Source of the DNA: Octopus sinensis
Taxonomy: Eukaryota
Assembly: GCF_006345805.1 (NCBI RefSeq)
Contig: NC_043001.1
Span: 75,950,001-76,014,000, forward strand
DNA length: 64,000 nt
Direction: 5' to 3'
Each line of letters opens with the position of its first letter. Within the stretch, counting starts at the first letter, position 1. A program made the position numbers and the translations under genes. Positions 23,124 through 35,986 of this stretch are shown here, in pieces. The notes below the pieces were generated by a model, which made no database searches, had not been told where the DNA came from, and saw only the letters and a list, made by a program, of their open reading frames with translations.

Positions 23124-23904
23124 ATAGTTGATGTACTTCTTTTTGAATTTTGACACAAAATTAGTTGACTGCACCCTATATTTATCGATGGTTAAAGCAA
23201 AGGTTAACTGTAGTGCGTAGGTAGGGTGGCATTACTGTCACATTTTTGTGTTAACTTTGGAGAAAGAAAAATAAAACAAACTCCACTAAACCGCTAGTGT
23301 AGCTGAAAACGAACTGAACTGCCCACAAGGGGAGGAGAAATTACATCTATGTATGAAAAGGAAAGGCGAATCTCATGGATAATAGATAACACACAACAAA
23401 AGGGATAAAAAGACGGCTAAACTGAAGATAAAGACACACATCTTAATGATTCCCACGCACCCCCTCGCCATATTGCCGTGAACAAGGTCCTGAATTAACG
23501 AGTTGACGCTGGAAACAAGTCAAAGAAAGTTGAGGTTTTATAATATTCAAATACGTCCAGAGTAACTCAACCAACCTCAAGCTACGTTGTTATTGCTGAT
23601 GTCTGGTGACGGGAGCTACAATTTAATGGGTAGGATGATGTCGATGGTGGGGGGTGTCAAATTAGGGTGTAACAATAGTTCTTTCAAAGGTGACAGTAGC
23701 CGCTTTTATAAATAAATAATGCAGGACCATCGATGTTGTTCTTGTTGTTGTTGATAATAATATTGATGGAACTATTTTCATGAAAACAACTAGTACTACT
23801 ACTATTGCTGCTACTACTACAATAACTACCACAATTGCTGCTATTATATATATTCAAATGGTTGATGTTTACATATCTATGTGTGTGTCTGTGTGTGTGC
23901 TTTA

Positions 23905-24120
23905 TCTTTTACTTGTTTCGGTCATGAGACTGCGGCCATGCTGGGGCACAGCCTTGAAGAATTTATAGTCGAATGTATCGACCACAGTACTTTTTTAAAG
24001 CCTGGTACTTATTCTATCGATATCTTTTGCCGAACTGCTAAGTTATAGGGACATAAACACTCCAACACCGGTTGTCAGACGGTGGAGTGGGGCGGGAGAA
24101 GCAAACAGACACACACACAT
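23905..24120 (-). mobile_element. SINE family A, 3' half
   Basis: cttttacttgtttcggtcatgagactgcggccatgctgg..ttttgccgaactgctaagtta. Confidence 0.85.
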
Positions 24121-24379
24121 ATATATATATAAGATGGAACCTTGTATCTTTGTTGGAAACCGGCTCACTCCTCAGTGGAAGATTGATAATAATCAAATAG
24201 AAGAGCCATACATACATACAAACAAAAATACTTTCTTGTTGATGTTGAAATTCCAATGAAGGAGCTTTGGATCTATGTCAGAAACCGGCTCTTTCTCTAT
24301 TGGCAAGAAAGTTTGAAATAAAACTGAACAATGACGTACATACATACATACATACACAAGTGCCGTCCTTTATGTGTTG

Positions 24380-24770
24380 AACGATTGGTCAAAAGAATAT
24401 TTGTGGAACTTGAAAATTAAAACAGCTACCAAGTTAAAAGACAAACGGCCAGATATTGTGTGGGACCACAAAGGAAAGATAAAATCACCTGCCCTCTGAA
24501 CACTAGCGTTTTTAGAAAAATACAAGAAGATATCTATGGCCATTGATAATGAATTTACAAATCCAGTACTCAAGACACACTTTCAGCTTCATACCTATTA
24601 TTATTGGAGCAACAGAATACCTATTAACCCGTCTGGAACAAAATATGGCTGAACTTGGGATCTTGCGGAGACGATGCAAATCCTTAATTCATACTCTTCG
24701 AGTGAACATGATATCTGGGACTATAAAATTCTGCAATACCTTCTTAAAATTTAAAGGATGAACAAAACAG
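24380..24770 (+). mobile_element. REL-endonuclease C-terminus of an R4/NeSL-like LINE (decayed)
   Basis: KLKDKRPDIVWDH (RPD motif)..ITCP..FIPIIIGAT..SGTIKFCNTFLKFKG*; frameshifts present. Confidence 0.7.
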
Positions 24771-25289
24771 GATTCTTTCCTTTACAACCTCGCTACCAAA
24801 TAGGTGGCCGGTCAAAATATATTCTAAATTAAGCAGAAAAAAAGAACACACACACATACACACGTAGGTACGCACGCATACATACATACGCACACAGACA
24901 TATACACATGCACGCACACACATACGCACACACATACATACATACATACATACATACATACATACATACATACATACATACATACATACATACATACATA
25001 CATAAATGCATGCTGTTAAACTCTATTAAATAACTCGTTTGTATTTCATTGACCTCAGTTACACAAAAACAAGGTTGTCATCGACATTATTTGAAGACGA
25101 AGTATAAGATAATTTAGTTCAAAGCTGTACTATTTCGCTAAATTCCCTTTCTATATCAGGCCGGTTAACCATCACTCGCAAACGAGCATAACCTGGTCAC
25201 CACGCTTTCGTTGATTGTTTAGAAGCCTGTAAAGTCGCAAACAGACATAGACATATTTTCTGCCCTAATGCCCTTGACGCAGCGGAACA

Positions 25290-25485
25290 TCAATGATGTG
25301 TGAGATTAAAGGGGAGAGAGCTGCACCAATAACACAGCTGGTATTCCTTTTCAGCTGAATAAAAGGGGAAAACGTAAAATGAAAAAGCCTCGTTCAAGGA
25401 GACAATGAAACATCTGGCCCAGGAATCGAACTCATGACTTTAAGAGCGTAAGTTCTATACCAATAACACAAACTACGCACCTTCA
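25290..25485 (-). mobile_element. Old CORE-like SINE remnant
   Basis: cagctgaataaa..cgttcaaggagacaatg..ccaggaatcgaactcatgac resembles the reverse complement of head D. Confidence 0.5.
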
Positions 25486-26342
25486 TATAGAGTAAGATGA
25501 GAGATATTTTTTATAACTACTGGTATTATTTAATTGACACCTGAGTAATCAAAAGCAGGTATAACAATCATTCGGCGAGCAATGACTTTCGATCTTACAT
25601 TGCACTTTGCCATTGCATCTCATTTTCAGAGTGTACATAGTTGGGGATTAAATAAATATTATTAAATAAATAAATATTAGATAAAGATGAGTCTTTTAGT
25701 ATTTTTGGTAAGGTATTTCGTGCTTATTACGTTATATATAATAATATTAACTCAACTAGTTTTTTTGTCATGTGATAGCCACTCTGGTTAATCTTCTGTG
25801 TTTGTAGTTTTTTAATATCTAATTTCTCATATATTCGTGTACTATATTACCTGTTCAGTAACTCTCTCATCACATCATAAGCTCAAATAATAAACTTTAT
25901 GCCCCGCTGTGGAGGTCTAATGAGTAATACATCTGAAACAGATCGAGGATTATCTTCGGGCTTTTTTTTTCTAAAGGAAATATATCAACATTGACACAAG
26001 GCATTGATCGCATACTATCTTTTTCTCGTCGCATCGATATTTCTAATTAGAGAATGTCCATAACATTAAACTACACACCCACTAACTTAAATTTGATAAG
26101 TGTCAAATTAATTTATCGTTTTCTCCACATAGTATTTTACTTTAAAAGATTCAACAATAACATTTTAAAATTTACAAATGAATTTAGTAGTTCAGCTGTC
26201 TGATATTCTAAAAAAGGAGCGTCAGCGAGATGTCTTGTAGTATCTGAACTAGATATATCCACTTAGCAATATACACCTAGCAATTCAAAGTTTGCCCACT
26301 GTTAAATTTATTTTCTCAATCGTGGGACCACCACAGATGAGT

Positions 26343-26368
26343 ATTATATATAATATATATATATATAT

Positions 26369-26403
<35 letters not shown>

Positions 26404-26427
26404 ATGTATAAATATATATGCATGTAT

Positions 26428-26463
<36 letters not shown>

Positions 26464-26553
26464 AATATATATATATATGTATATGTGTGTGTATGTATAA
26501 ATATATATGCATGTATAAATATATATATATATATATAATATATATAATATATG

Positions 26554-26592
<39 letters not shown>

Positions 26593-26692
26593 TATATATG
26601 TATATGTATAAATATATATATATATTATGTATGTATATGTATAAAATATATTATATATATGTATGTATATGTATAATATATATATATGTATG

Positions 26693-26749
<57 letters not shown>

Positions 26750-26766
26750 ATATATATATATATATG

Positions 26767-26799
<33 letters not shown>

Positions 26800-26802
26800 G
26801 TG

Positions 26803-26859
<57 letters not shown>

Positions 26860-26900
26860 ATATATAATATATATATATTATATATATATATATATATATA
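26343..26900. repeat. Long interrupted (TA)n block
   Basis: Directly visible. Confidence 0.95.
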
Positions 26901-26955
26901 AGAAATTAAAAAAGGAAAATACGCACACTTACATGGTTTTAATATAATTTTTTAT

Positions 26956-26990
26956 ATATCGACCGGTTTCGCTATCGCTATTCATGATAT
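26956..26990 (-). ncRNA. Degenerate minimal hammerhead (CTG of the core missing)
   Basis: Minus strand: ATATC-ATGA-ATAGCGATAGC-GAAAC-CG-GTC-GATAT. Stem I ATATC/GATAT, palindromic ACCGGT and a GUC triplet are present. Confidence 0.5.
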
Positions 26991-27540
26991 TATGTTTTAT
27001 TTATTTGTATATATATTTTTTCTTAAGAAGAAATTTGGTCCATGTTGTGTGTGATGAAATTCACGAGATATGTATAAATATATATATATATATAAACTGC
27101 AAGGAGACGTAGAAGGAATCCGGCTGTCTACTTACTTCAAACGATGTCGTCGACCATGACAACAACGACGTTGATGTGGAGGAGGTGGAGGGAGAAGAGG
27201 GGGACGATGTCGATGACACCGACAATGATGATAATGGTGAGGTGATGATGATGACGACGATGAGTACCGGTCTACCATCAACTCCTGTTTCCATTACGAT
27301 CAGTGTTCCTTCCGATCCTATTGGGGGCAAAGTCGCCTTTTTATTTCTGTGAAGTTCATATAACAAAAACTGAGACTCTATTCTTAGCTGATCACAATCG
27401 TGTATGAAATGCAGCAACTTGCAATATTTATAAGTCTTGTGGTTGCTCAAGCGTACCACATGGAATTGGATGAGAATATCTATTCACATCCAAAATAGAG
27501 ACGAGTACCAAGACTTACATGTGGAACGCCTGAACACTTA

Positions 27541-27752
27541 CTCTTTTACTTGTTTCAGTCATTTGACTGTGGCTATGATGGAGTACCACCTATAGTCGAG
27601 CAAACCGACCCCAGGACTTAGACTTATTCTTTGTAAGCCTAGTACTTATTCTGTCGGTCTCTTTTGCCGAACCGCTAAGTTACAAGGACGTAAACACACC
27701 AGAATCGGTTGTCAAGCGATGTTGGGGAACGAACATAGACACACAAACATAT

Positions 27753-27804
<52 letters not shown>

Positions 27805-27969
27805 GACGGGCTTCTTTCAGTTTCCGTCTACCAAATCCACTCACAAGGCTTTGGTCGGCCCGAGGCTATAGTAGAAGACACTTTCTCAAGGTGCCACGCA
27901 GTGGGACTGAACCCGGAACCATGTGGTTCGTAAGCAAGCTACTTACCACACAGCCACTCCTACGCCTGT
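27541..27969 (-). mobile_element. SINE family A, full length and well preserved, with internal (TA/CA)n
   Basis: tRNA-like head with B-box ggttcagtccc; CORE-like caccttgagaaagtgtctt; internal microsatellite; tail ..cagtcaaatgactgaaacaagtaaaagag. Confidence 0.9.
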
Positions 27970-28859
27970 GACGATCTCTTTATATGCAACTAGTGGTTGC
28001 TTTGTTAATCCACAAATAATATATATATATGCGCGCGCGCGTGTGTGTACTCCCTGATTTCAACACTTTAGAAGAACGGAAAGTGCTCTGTGACAAGTCA
28101 TAAGATTTAACTTGTTGAACGAATCTTACTCTCAGCCTTTTGTATTTTATCTTACAAGTTACACTTTCCCAGAGAGACTAAATAGATGTTTATCAAACAT
28201 ACTGTATATAACATATGCATAAATGTATCATATAACCATGCCCACGCAGTAATGGTATTTTTGCTTTCGTTATTAAAATATTGTTAGCTTTTATTTGGTT
28301 ACTTTAGGGGTATAACAATTATTTCTTGAGAGATTCGTTTTAGCCATTGAAAACACTTTTCACTATACATAATCATTTATTACTTGATAGAATAATTCCG
28401 TGACCAGATCATAGACGGTACGAGGAAAATATTTGACTCCACATAATAAATGATTAAGTAAAGCTAACAGTTTCTGTGTGTTTTAGAAATAGTTAATATG
28501 TGTTTACCATGCTGTAATTGCTTAAAACTCTTGCCAGACTAGTACAATTTCGAAATTTAAGGCGGTTGATTTCTAGTAATAGACGTTAGGTTGCACTTTT
28601 AATGAGGACGACGAGTAGTGTGATCGGTTTAGTTGAAAAAGCTCTATCACTATTAAATTATCGACCGACAAAATGCAAAATGCAATGGATTTGTAAAAGC
28701 TTTAAGGCTTTGGGAAAAATATCGACTTTCAGTATTTGTTCCAGCTCTTAACGTTCTGAGTTCAGATCATACGGAGGCCAACTGTGTCCCTCGTCCTTTT
28801 AGTTCTTAGGTCGATTATGTCGAGTAACTCACTTCCCTTAAAATTATTTACTTTATTTA

Positions 28860-29110
28860 AGCCCTTTGCTACCTGTGGAACTGCTCTTAACTCTGCACGG
28901 TCTTTTCTGCTTCTCCCCTGTTGGATCCCTGCATTTTCAGTTCCTGCTCAGAATTCTGCCTCTAGATATTTTTAGGGTGTCTTCTCTACCACCTTCTTTG
29001 TAGGTTGCAGATCATGGTCTGACGTGATTCTCTGAGGGAAGACCTTCATCGTTCAGCTCTTGTAGCGTTTGAATTGCCATCGCTACTTCTAAAACTTTGC
29101 TTTCTTCTAG
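28860..29110 (-). mobile_element. Possible RTE-like LINE C-terminal remnant
   Basis: Minus frame KKVVEKTP*KYLEAEF*AG..SRKDRAELRAV loosely matches the RTE ORF end (GRP..W...EAE..AQDR..WR). Confidence 0.4.
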
Positions 29111-29174
29111 GTAGAGATGGTCAATATTAGTCTGGTCTCTATCCTTTAATCTATCCAGAATGGGAGGCTCTACC

Positions 29175-29616
29175 CAGCGCTGGATTAACCATTAAGCAAA
29201 ATAAGCACGTACTCAGGACATTAAGGGAAGCACGTGTTTATTGCACCACAGAAATAGTAAATGGTTTACAGCACAAAAGAAATCACTTTAAACTTGCTAA
29301 AATAATATTCGGGATACCTTATCTTTAGTAAATATAGAAGTAGATTTGTTACGTAAGATTATTTTTGAGGAACTGACCGAAGATTTTCCTATTAAAAAAA
29401 GAGAAAATTTTTCAAATATAAAGCGGAAGCATACAAAAATAAACATTATTTTACATCTTACTTGTTGAAAAATAAAATTTTATTTTTACATCTTACATAT
29501 TGAAAAATAAAATTTTTTATTAATGTTTATTATTGTTTATATGTTGAATTACATGTACATGGAGACACCTAAGTCTTTTAAACGCTTAGGGCCTCTAAGT
29601 TCTTAATCAGGCCCTG
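29175..29616. mobile_element. hAT-type MITE with 14-bp TIRs and a perfect 8-bp TSD
   Basis: TIRs cagcgctggattaa / ttaatcaggccctg (11/14); TSD gctctacc at 29167-29174 and 29617-29624. Confidence 0.9.
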
Positions 29617-30519
29617 GCTCTACCATGGGTTAGTGTTCTGCTAGTATAGCCGTCGGGGTCATTAAGGTACAGAAGCCATAACAATAATTTGATTGTGCTT
29701 AAATTAAAAACAGTTCATCGACCCTCGAAATAGTGAAAAAGAAATTCAAGTCCTCGGTGGAATTTGAACTCAAAGCGCAAAAACTGGCACGTTACTAAAT
29801 ACTGTAAGATATTTTCTCTGGTGTTTTACCAATTCTGTCAATTGATATTCATTTTCTATTCTGCTTATTTTTTTATTTTCGGAGTCAACCGTTGATGTAA
29901 TGAAAATAACAGAACTAATGAAATAGCTTCGTTTACATACCTCAAGGATATGTAGCTGGAATGGTGTACAGTGTACTCCTACATATCTGCTGGGATTTGA
30001 ACTAATAATGTAAAAGAGCCAGGATAAACAATAAAACATACCGTTACATATGCTTTACCGTCTCTGCCAACTCACTCAGTAGCTTACGTTACACTATTAA
30101 ATGCTTAAAAACCGTAAATCATAAGATTATCTTTCTGTTCCTTTTATTTATCACAGGAAAAGGAAGGAAATTATGAGAGGGAGGGGATAAAATCGTTATA
30201 CATCCCTGAGAGGGAAGTTAGTAAGAAATGTAGATCTACAAGGAAAGTATGTGAAGAGAGTTATACCAAATACACAGCGGCCATATTTTGCGTAATCTAG
30301 TATTATTGTTGTTGGTTATTTCACCTCTTTATTTTTATTGTTTATTGTTTATGTTCTAAGAAGCTCTTTACTTTATGAAATGTAGCAGCCGCAGTTATAT
30401 GTGATTTGGCTCGGTATGGTATGTCAGTTAACTACATGAATATAGGCATTCCTTTTGCATCTTTCTTTCGCTGTCTTCCTTTCTTCTCTTCCACTTTCTC
30501 GCTCTCTCGGTACAGACAC

Positions 30520-31014
30520 ACACAAACAAACAAACACACAAACATATACATATGTACATATCTTTACGTACAAACACACACTCATACATATATACATACA
30601 TATATACACATATATATATACATGTATATATATATATACATGTATATATACATATATATATATACATATATATATACATATAATATACATATATATATAG
30701 ACATACATATATATATACATGTATATATACATATATATATAATATATATATATATACATGTATATATACATATATATATACATATATTATACATATATAT
30801 ATATACATATACATATACATATACATGTATATATACATATACATATATATATACATATACATATATATATACATATACATATACATATACATATATATAT
30901 ACATATATATATACATATACATATATATACATATATTATACATATATATATATATATAATATATATATATATAATTTCGCACGTACATACGTGTATATAT
31001 ATACATGCTTGTAT

Positions 31015-31045
<31 letters not shown>
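30520..31045. repeat. Compound (TA)n/(TATACA)n/(GATA)n block
   Basis: Directly visible; explains the 192- and 206-aa low-complexity ORFs. Confidence 0.95.
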
Positions 31046-31801
31046 TCATAGTTTCAAAGATGTAATCAATGCATTTGTATATTTATAATATTTCGATATT
31101 TCGGTATTTTGTTCCTGAATTAAATGGAATTTGTAAATGAAAAGAAATGAATTGGCAAAGTTAGCAAGAAACGAAAAACCTTCTCCACATAAACATAAAT
31201 TGTTGACTTTAAATCGCAAGTTGGGTAGGTGTTCAGAGGAATTGCATTCATGTTCACTCAGTTCACCTTGTTTCGATAAATATATAATTCTAAGACCTAT
31301 TTGAATATGAGAATCATGTTTTATATGTGAGTTGACTAAGTCTTTCTACCATAGGTATATGCCCTGCAGTTTATGGGGTGAGAGCTAATCGATTACATCG
31401 ACCACCCTATGTTCAACTGGTAATTATTTTATCGCGCTCATTTTATCGGCGGTATTTGAACTCAAATATTTTGTCCGACATGCTAATGATTCTGCCAGCT
31501 CGTAGCCGTAATAATATGAATTCTTTTTAATTTTGGTCCAAGACCAGCAATCTCGAAGAGTAGGAGTATTTTGGTTATGTTTACCTCCGTGTTCAACTTG
31601 TATTTCTTTCATGGAACTCGAAATGATGAAAGTAAACTCGATCTCAACGCTTTTGAATTCAGAACATAGAGTCAGAAGAAATGCAGTTAAGCGTTATGTC
31701 TGCTCGCCATCCTTGAGTTAACTAATAATGGTTCTTGAGCTTTGGTTGAACGGAAAGCTGATTTCTGTTAACCAATTATTTTTCTTCATATTAGGGGTCG
31801 T

Positions 31802-32290
31802 TAAGGCGGCGAACTGGCAGAATTGTTAGCAGATCGGGCATTAGTGACATTTTGTTCGTCTTTACTCACTCTGTTCAAATTCCGTGGAGGTCGACTTAGT
31901 TTTTCATCTATTTCGGGGTCGATAAAATAAGTACCAGTTGAGCCATGAGGTCCATGTAATCGACTTAACCGCTCCGTCGAAATTGCTGGCCTTGTGCCTA
32001 AATTTGAAACCAACATCAGCAATTCCTACAAGACGACAAGCTGACGTGGTCGTTAGCACGCTGGGAAAATACCTTGCAGCATTTCCGTCTTTACGTTTTA
32101 AGTTCAAATGCCGCTGGGATCGACTTAGCTTTTAATTCTTTCGGGGTCGATAAAATAAAGTGTGAGTTGAATACTGTCTTCGATATAATCGGTTTACCCT
32201 TTTCCTCTACAGTGCTGGCCATGTACCAAAATTTGAAACCAGTATTAGGGATTCCTGCAAGGTGGCGAGCTTGCAGAATGGTCAGCACCA
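31802..32290 (+). repeat. SINE B tandem array, about 228-bp period (2.1 units)
   Basis: Heads at 31802, 32029 and 32258; spacers share aatttgaaacca..attcct(a/g)caag. Confidence 0.8.
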
Positions 32291-33102
32291 AAGGTGCAAC
32301 AGCTCCAAAGCAACTATATGGTGTTCAGAAGTAACGGGGGCTTGCAAATTCATGCTGAACTCCACTCTTGATCACTTATCCGTCCTCGTCACTTCCGCGC
32401 TTATCACCCGCTCATATTGTGCCACAAAAGTAACAATGAACAGGTGTATGTCGCTGCTAATTCTCCAGTGTTAATCTGGTCCATGTACTGTAGTACAAGT
32501 GTGTTGGAGTGTGGTGTACATCTCACTACTTTGCTGGCTTTTTTGCTCAATTTAGGTCCCGAAACGCAGGTAGACACTATCGAAAGTCTTGAAGTGCATG
32601 ATACTATACCACACACAGGCTAGAGCCTCCTTCAGTCACTTATAGAATATACAAGACACGCTCTCACTTCATGTGAAAATTTCTCCTCTATCCCCGTCTT
32701 AAACAAATTTCTTCGTCAGGGAAACAGAGTCCTTCATGACACATCGCTTCCACACATATATATCTGACTAAATTTTGTCTACTTCTAAAATTTCTTCAAT
32801 GGGTGCGACATTTTCAAAGTTGCGTGTAGAATGTCTGTATTGTCGTTGTCGTTGTCGTTCTAGATATTAAGCAACTCAGCGAAATCACTGCTATTCGTGT
32901 CACAATCCACACATAAATAAATATATATATAGATACATACATACATATTTCAAAATGTGTCCGCTCTGCTGTGTAACGCTTTTGTTACGTTTCTTTCATA
33001 TCTATTTTCAATTGTATTTTCTATGCTTCTGTGAAAGCTTTTATTTCAAGAGGGAAGGAGCAATTTTCGCTCGCTTCATAATCTTAAATATCCCACACCA
33101 AT

Positions 33103-33133
<31 letters not shown>

Positions 33134-34164
33134 ATAGTGGAGATTAGGTAGTTATCAACTTCCTAATTTCCATTTTATTTTCTTCTTTTAAATGGATATA
33201 AACTGTATGCTGTATACATACTTATTATTTTAAGGAAATTCATTCGCTAAAAATACTAGGTATTGAACAATATTTCCTCTGTTAAATTTAATAAATATAT
33301 ATATATAATTCGCATAACAATCTCGTAACGTGCATTTAAGAGGTCTTATGTCGTTATTTAGCTGGTACATGTTATCCTACTGGATAACATAGGTTGGATA
33401 TACATGCGCAACTCCTCTTCGCATAAGATTAATAGAATAATATAACCCGAGGATGGGGATACCAGGCTTTAATAGAAGATCACAACATTTGTCTATGCAC
33501 TCACACCAGATATAAGTTGCTGAATTTATATTCAAATATCATTTTGGAAGAGCATTCTTTATAACTAGTGGGACCCATGAATATTTCACGGAATTAATGG
33601 TAAATGTATTTGGTTATTTCTGAAAACTTTATCCAAAAAATCTGAAAGCGTAGCCTATGTTGTGTCTGTATCAAAAGACAGTCGGTCATCGGATCTGCAT
33701 AGTTTGGCTCACAGATGTTTTAATTAATTTCTATTTAACCAAACGGTTTGAAACTTCGTATACTGGTGTAATTTCTCACGCAGAACACGGTTTCCTTTGA
33801 ACATTTTTGACAAAATTTCGTATTTTAGAAGTTATCGTATTTGGGTAATTTTAACCAATCAACGACGTGTATTTAGTTGAAGAAAGCTATTGCTGTTTGC
33901 GATAGTAATTGAAGAGGAACAACTTCCGGATCATCTCTACCAAACGTCACCACTCTGTTCTATTCTATTTATTGTTTACTGCCTGTGCATATTACACTCC
34001 TTCTTTTGTTCTCGCGTCGGAGTAACCAGTAAACACAGAAGAATCAACAAGCGCGCGCGTGTGTGTGTGTGTGTGTAATGGGGTCGATTCGGTCGACTAA
34101 AAAAATTCATGGTGATGCGCAGTCTGACTGAAACAAGTGAAAAGATTAAAAAAATTATACACTT

Positions 34165-34560
34165 TTTGTTTCAGTCATTTGCCTGCAGCCATGCTGGAGC
34201 ACAGTCTCGAAGGGTTTTACTCGAACAAATCAACTCTAGAACATTTTTAAAGCCTAGTACTTATTCTATCAGTCTTTTTTACCGAACCGCTAAGTTACAG
34301 GAACGTAAACACACCAACGACGTTTGTCAAACGGTGATGGGGAAATGACACTGACACAAAGACGCACACACATAGATATATACAGATATACCTATACGAC
34401 GGGCTTCTTGCGCTTTCCGTCTACCATATCAATTCACAAGGTTTTAGTCGGCTCGCGGCTATAGTAGACGACACCTTCCAAAGGCGCCACACAGTGGGAC
34501 TGAACTGGAAACCATGTGGTTGGGAAGCTAGCCACTTACCTCACAGCCACGCCTGCACCT
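34165..34560 (-). mobile_element. SINE family A, near full length
   Basis: tttcagtcatttgcctgcagccatgctggagcac..cagtgggactgaac..cacagccacgcctgcacc. Confidence 0.9.
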
Positions 34561-35334
34561 CCATGTATTTATTCTCGAATCTATTCCATCGCATCTGATC
34601 ACATCAAAACTGCGCCATAATCGTCATCATCATCATCATTATCCTGAACAACAGGATGCGATTTGATAGATGTGTAGGTAGTTAGCATGAAGGTGTATGC
34701 TGGTGGTTGTGGTGGTGGGGGTGATGGTGATGGTGAAGGCGTCTATTGGTGTATCAAAGAACGTAAGCTTTTTCCATCACCAGCAGCAGCAGTCAGCATA
34801 TTTTCTGTGGAAACAGCAGCAGGCAGAGTCTTGTTAAGAGGTCGAAGGTGACAATAATACTGAACCACCACCACCACCACCGCTGTCGGCGTCAATAGAC
34901 CATTCTACTATTTCCACTACCAACACCATCACCAATACAACCATTACTGCCACCATAACTTCACACTTCTCCTTTCTTTATTTTCCTTCATTCCATCTTT
35001 TTTCCGTTATTTCTGTTATTTATTTCTACTTTTCAACTGGTGGAAGCTGTAGAGCGTTGTATGATGTTAGCAGTGACTCTTTAACATTCTGAGTTCAATT
35101 TCTACTGTGATTGACTTTTTTAAAAAAAAATTTATCATTCAATAGGTCAAGAAAATGTAGAACCATTCAACTAATTTAGGGCAATCAAATATTCTGCATA
35201 CTTTCCAAAACGAGTTTTGGTCATGGCTGGCTGAAACGCTTTTATAACATGTGTTCCCAATCAGGCCAGACCTGGGGCCGAATAACTTCATTGAATGTAT
35301 GAGATATATGTCATTGTGTCTCTCATTATTTCTG

Positions 35335-35986
35335 AGCCAGCAGAGCATTTCCGGGAGAAATGCTTAGCCGTATTTCGTGTCTTCGTGTTCTGAGTTCAAA
35401 TTCCGCCGAGGTCGACTTTGCCCTTCATCCTTTCGGAGTCGATTAAATAAGTGCCAGTTACGCACTGGGGTCGATATAATTGACTTAATCCATTTGTCTG
35501 TCCTTGTTTGTCCTCTCTGTGTTTAGCCCCTTCTGGGTAGTAAAGAAATAGGTATTTCATCTGTTTATAAGGCGGCAAGCTGGCAGAAACGTTAGCACGC
35601 CGGGTGAAATGCTTCGCGGTATTTCGTCTGCCGCTACGTTCTGAGTTCAAATTTCGCCGAGGTCGACTTTGCCTTTCATCCTTTCGGGGTCGATAAATCA
35701 AGCACCAGTTACGCACTGGGGTCGATGTAGTCGACTTAATCCGTTTGTCTGTCCTTGTTTGTCCCCTCTGTGTTTTTGCCCCTTGTGGGTAGTAAAGAAA
35801 TAGGTATTTCGTCTGTCGTTACGTTCTGAGTTCAAATTCCGCCGAGGTCGACTTTGCCTTTCATCCTTTCGGGGTCGATAAATAAAGTACCAGTTTCGCA
35901 CTGGGGTCGATGTAATCCACTTGATATCTTTGTCTGTCCTTGTTTGTCCCTTCTATGTTTGGCTCCTTGTGGGTAGTAAAGAAATA
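35335..35986 (+). repeat. SINE B variant with an alternative tail, as a three-unit tandem
   Basis: Units at about 35335, 35568 and 35803; tail ttaatccgtttgtctgtccttgtttgtcccctctgtg..gggtagtaaagaaataggtatttc; units highly similar. Confidence 0.9.

Noticed and set aside
27061-27459. 132-aa minus ORF with an S/T-rich stretch
   Set aside because: Half is a degenerate GAC/GAT/GAG trinucleotide tract and the remainder has no recognisable domain.
27850-27969. tRNA-like A/B-box sequences at SINE heads (all families)
   Set aside because: No complete cloverleaf, and each continues into SINE body sequence, so they are not tRNA genes.
32262-32623. Higher-complexity island with overlapping ORFs of about 70 aa
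   Set aside because: No motif or codon signal I can support; the 14-nt microexon-like segment near 32553 has a weak donor.
35335-35986. Regularly spaced repeats that might suggest CRISPR
   Set aside because: Units are about 230-bp SINE copies without unique spacers; eukaryotic context and no cas genes.
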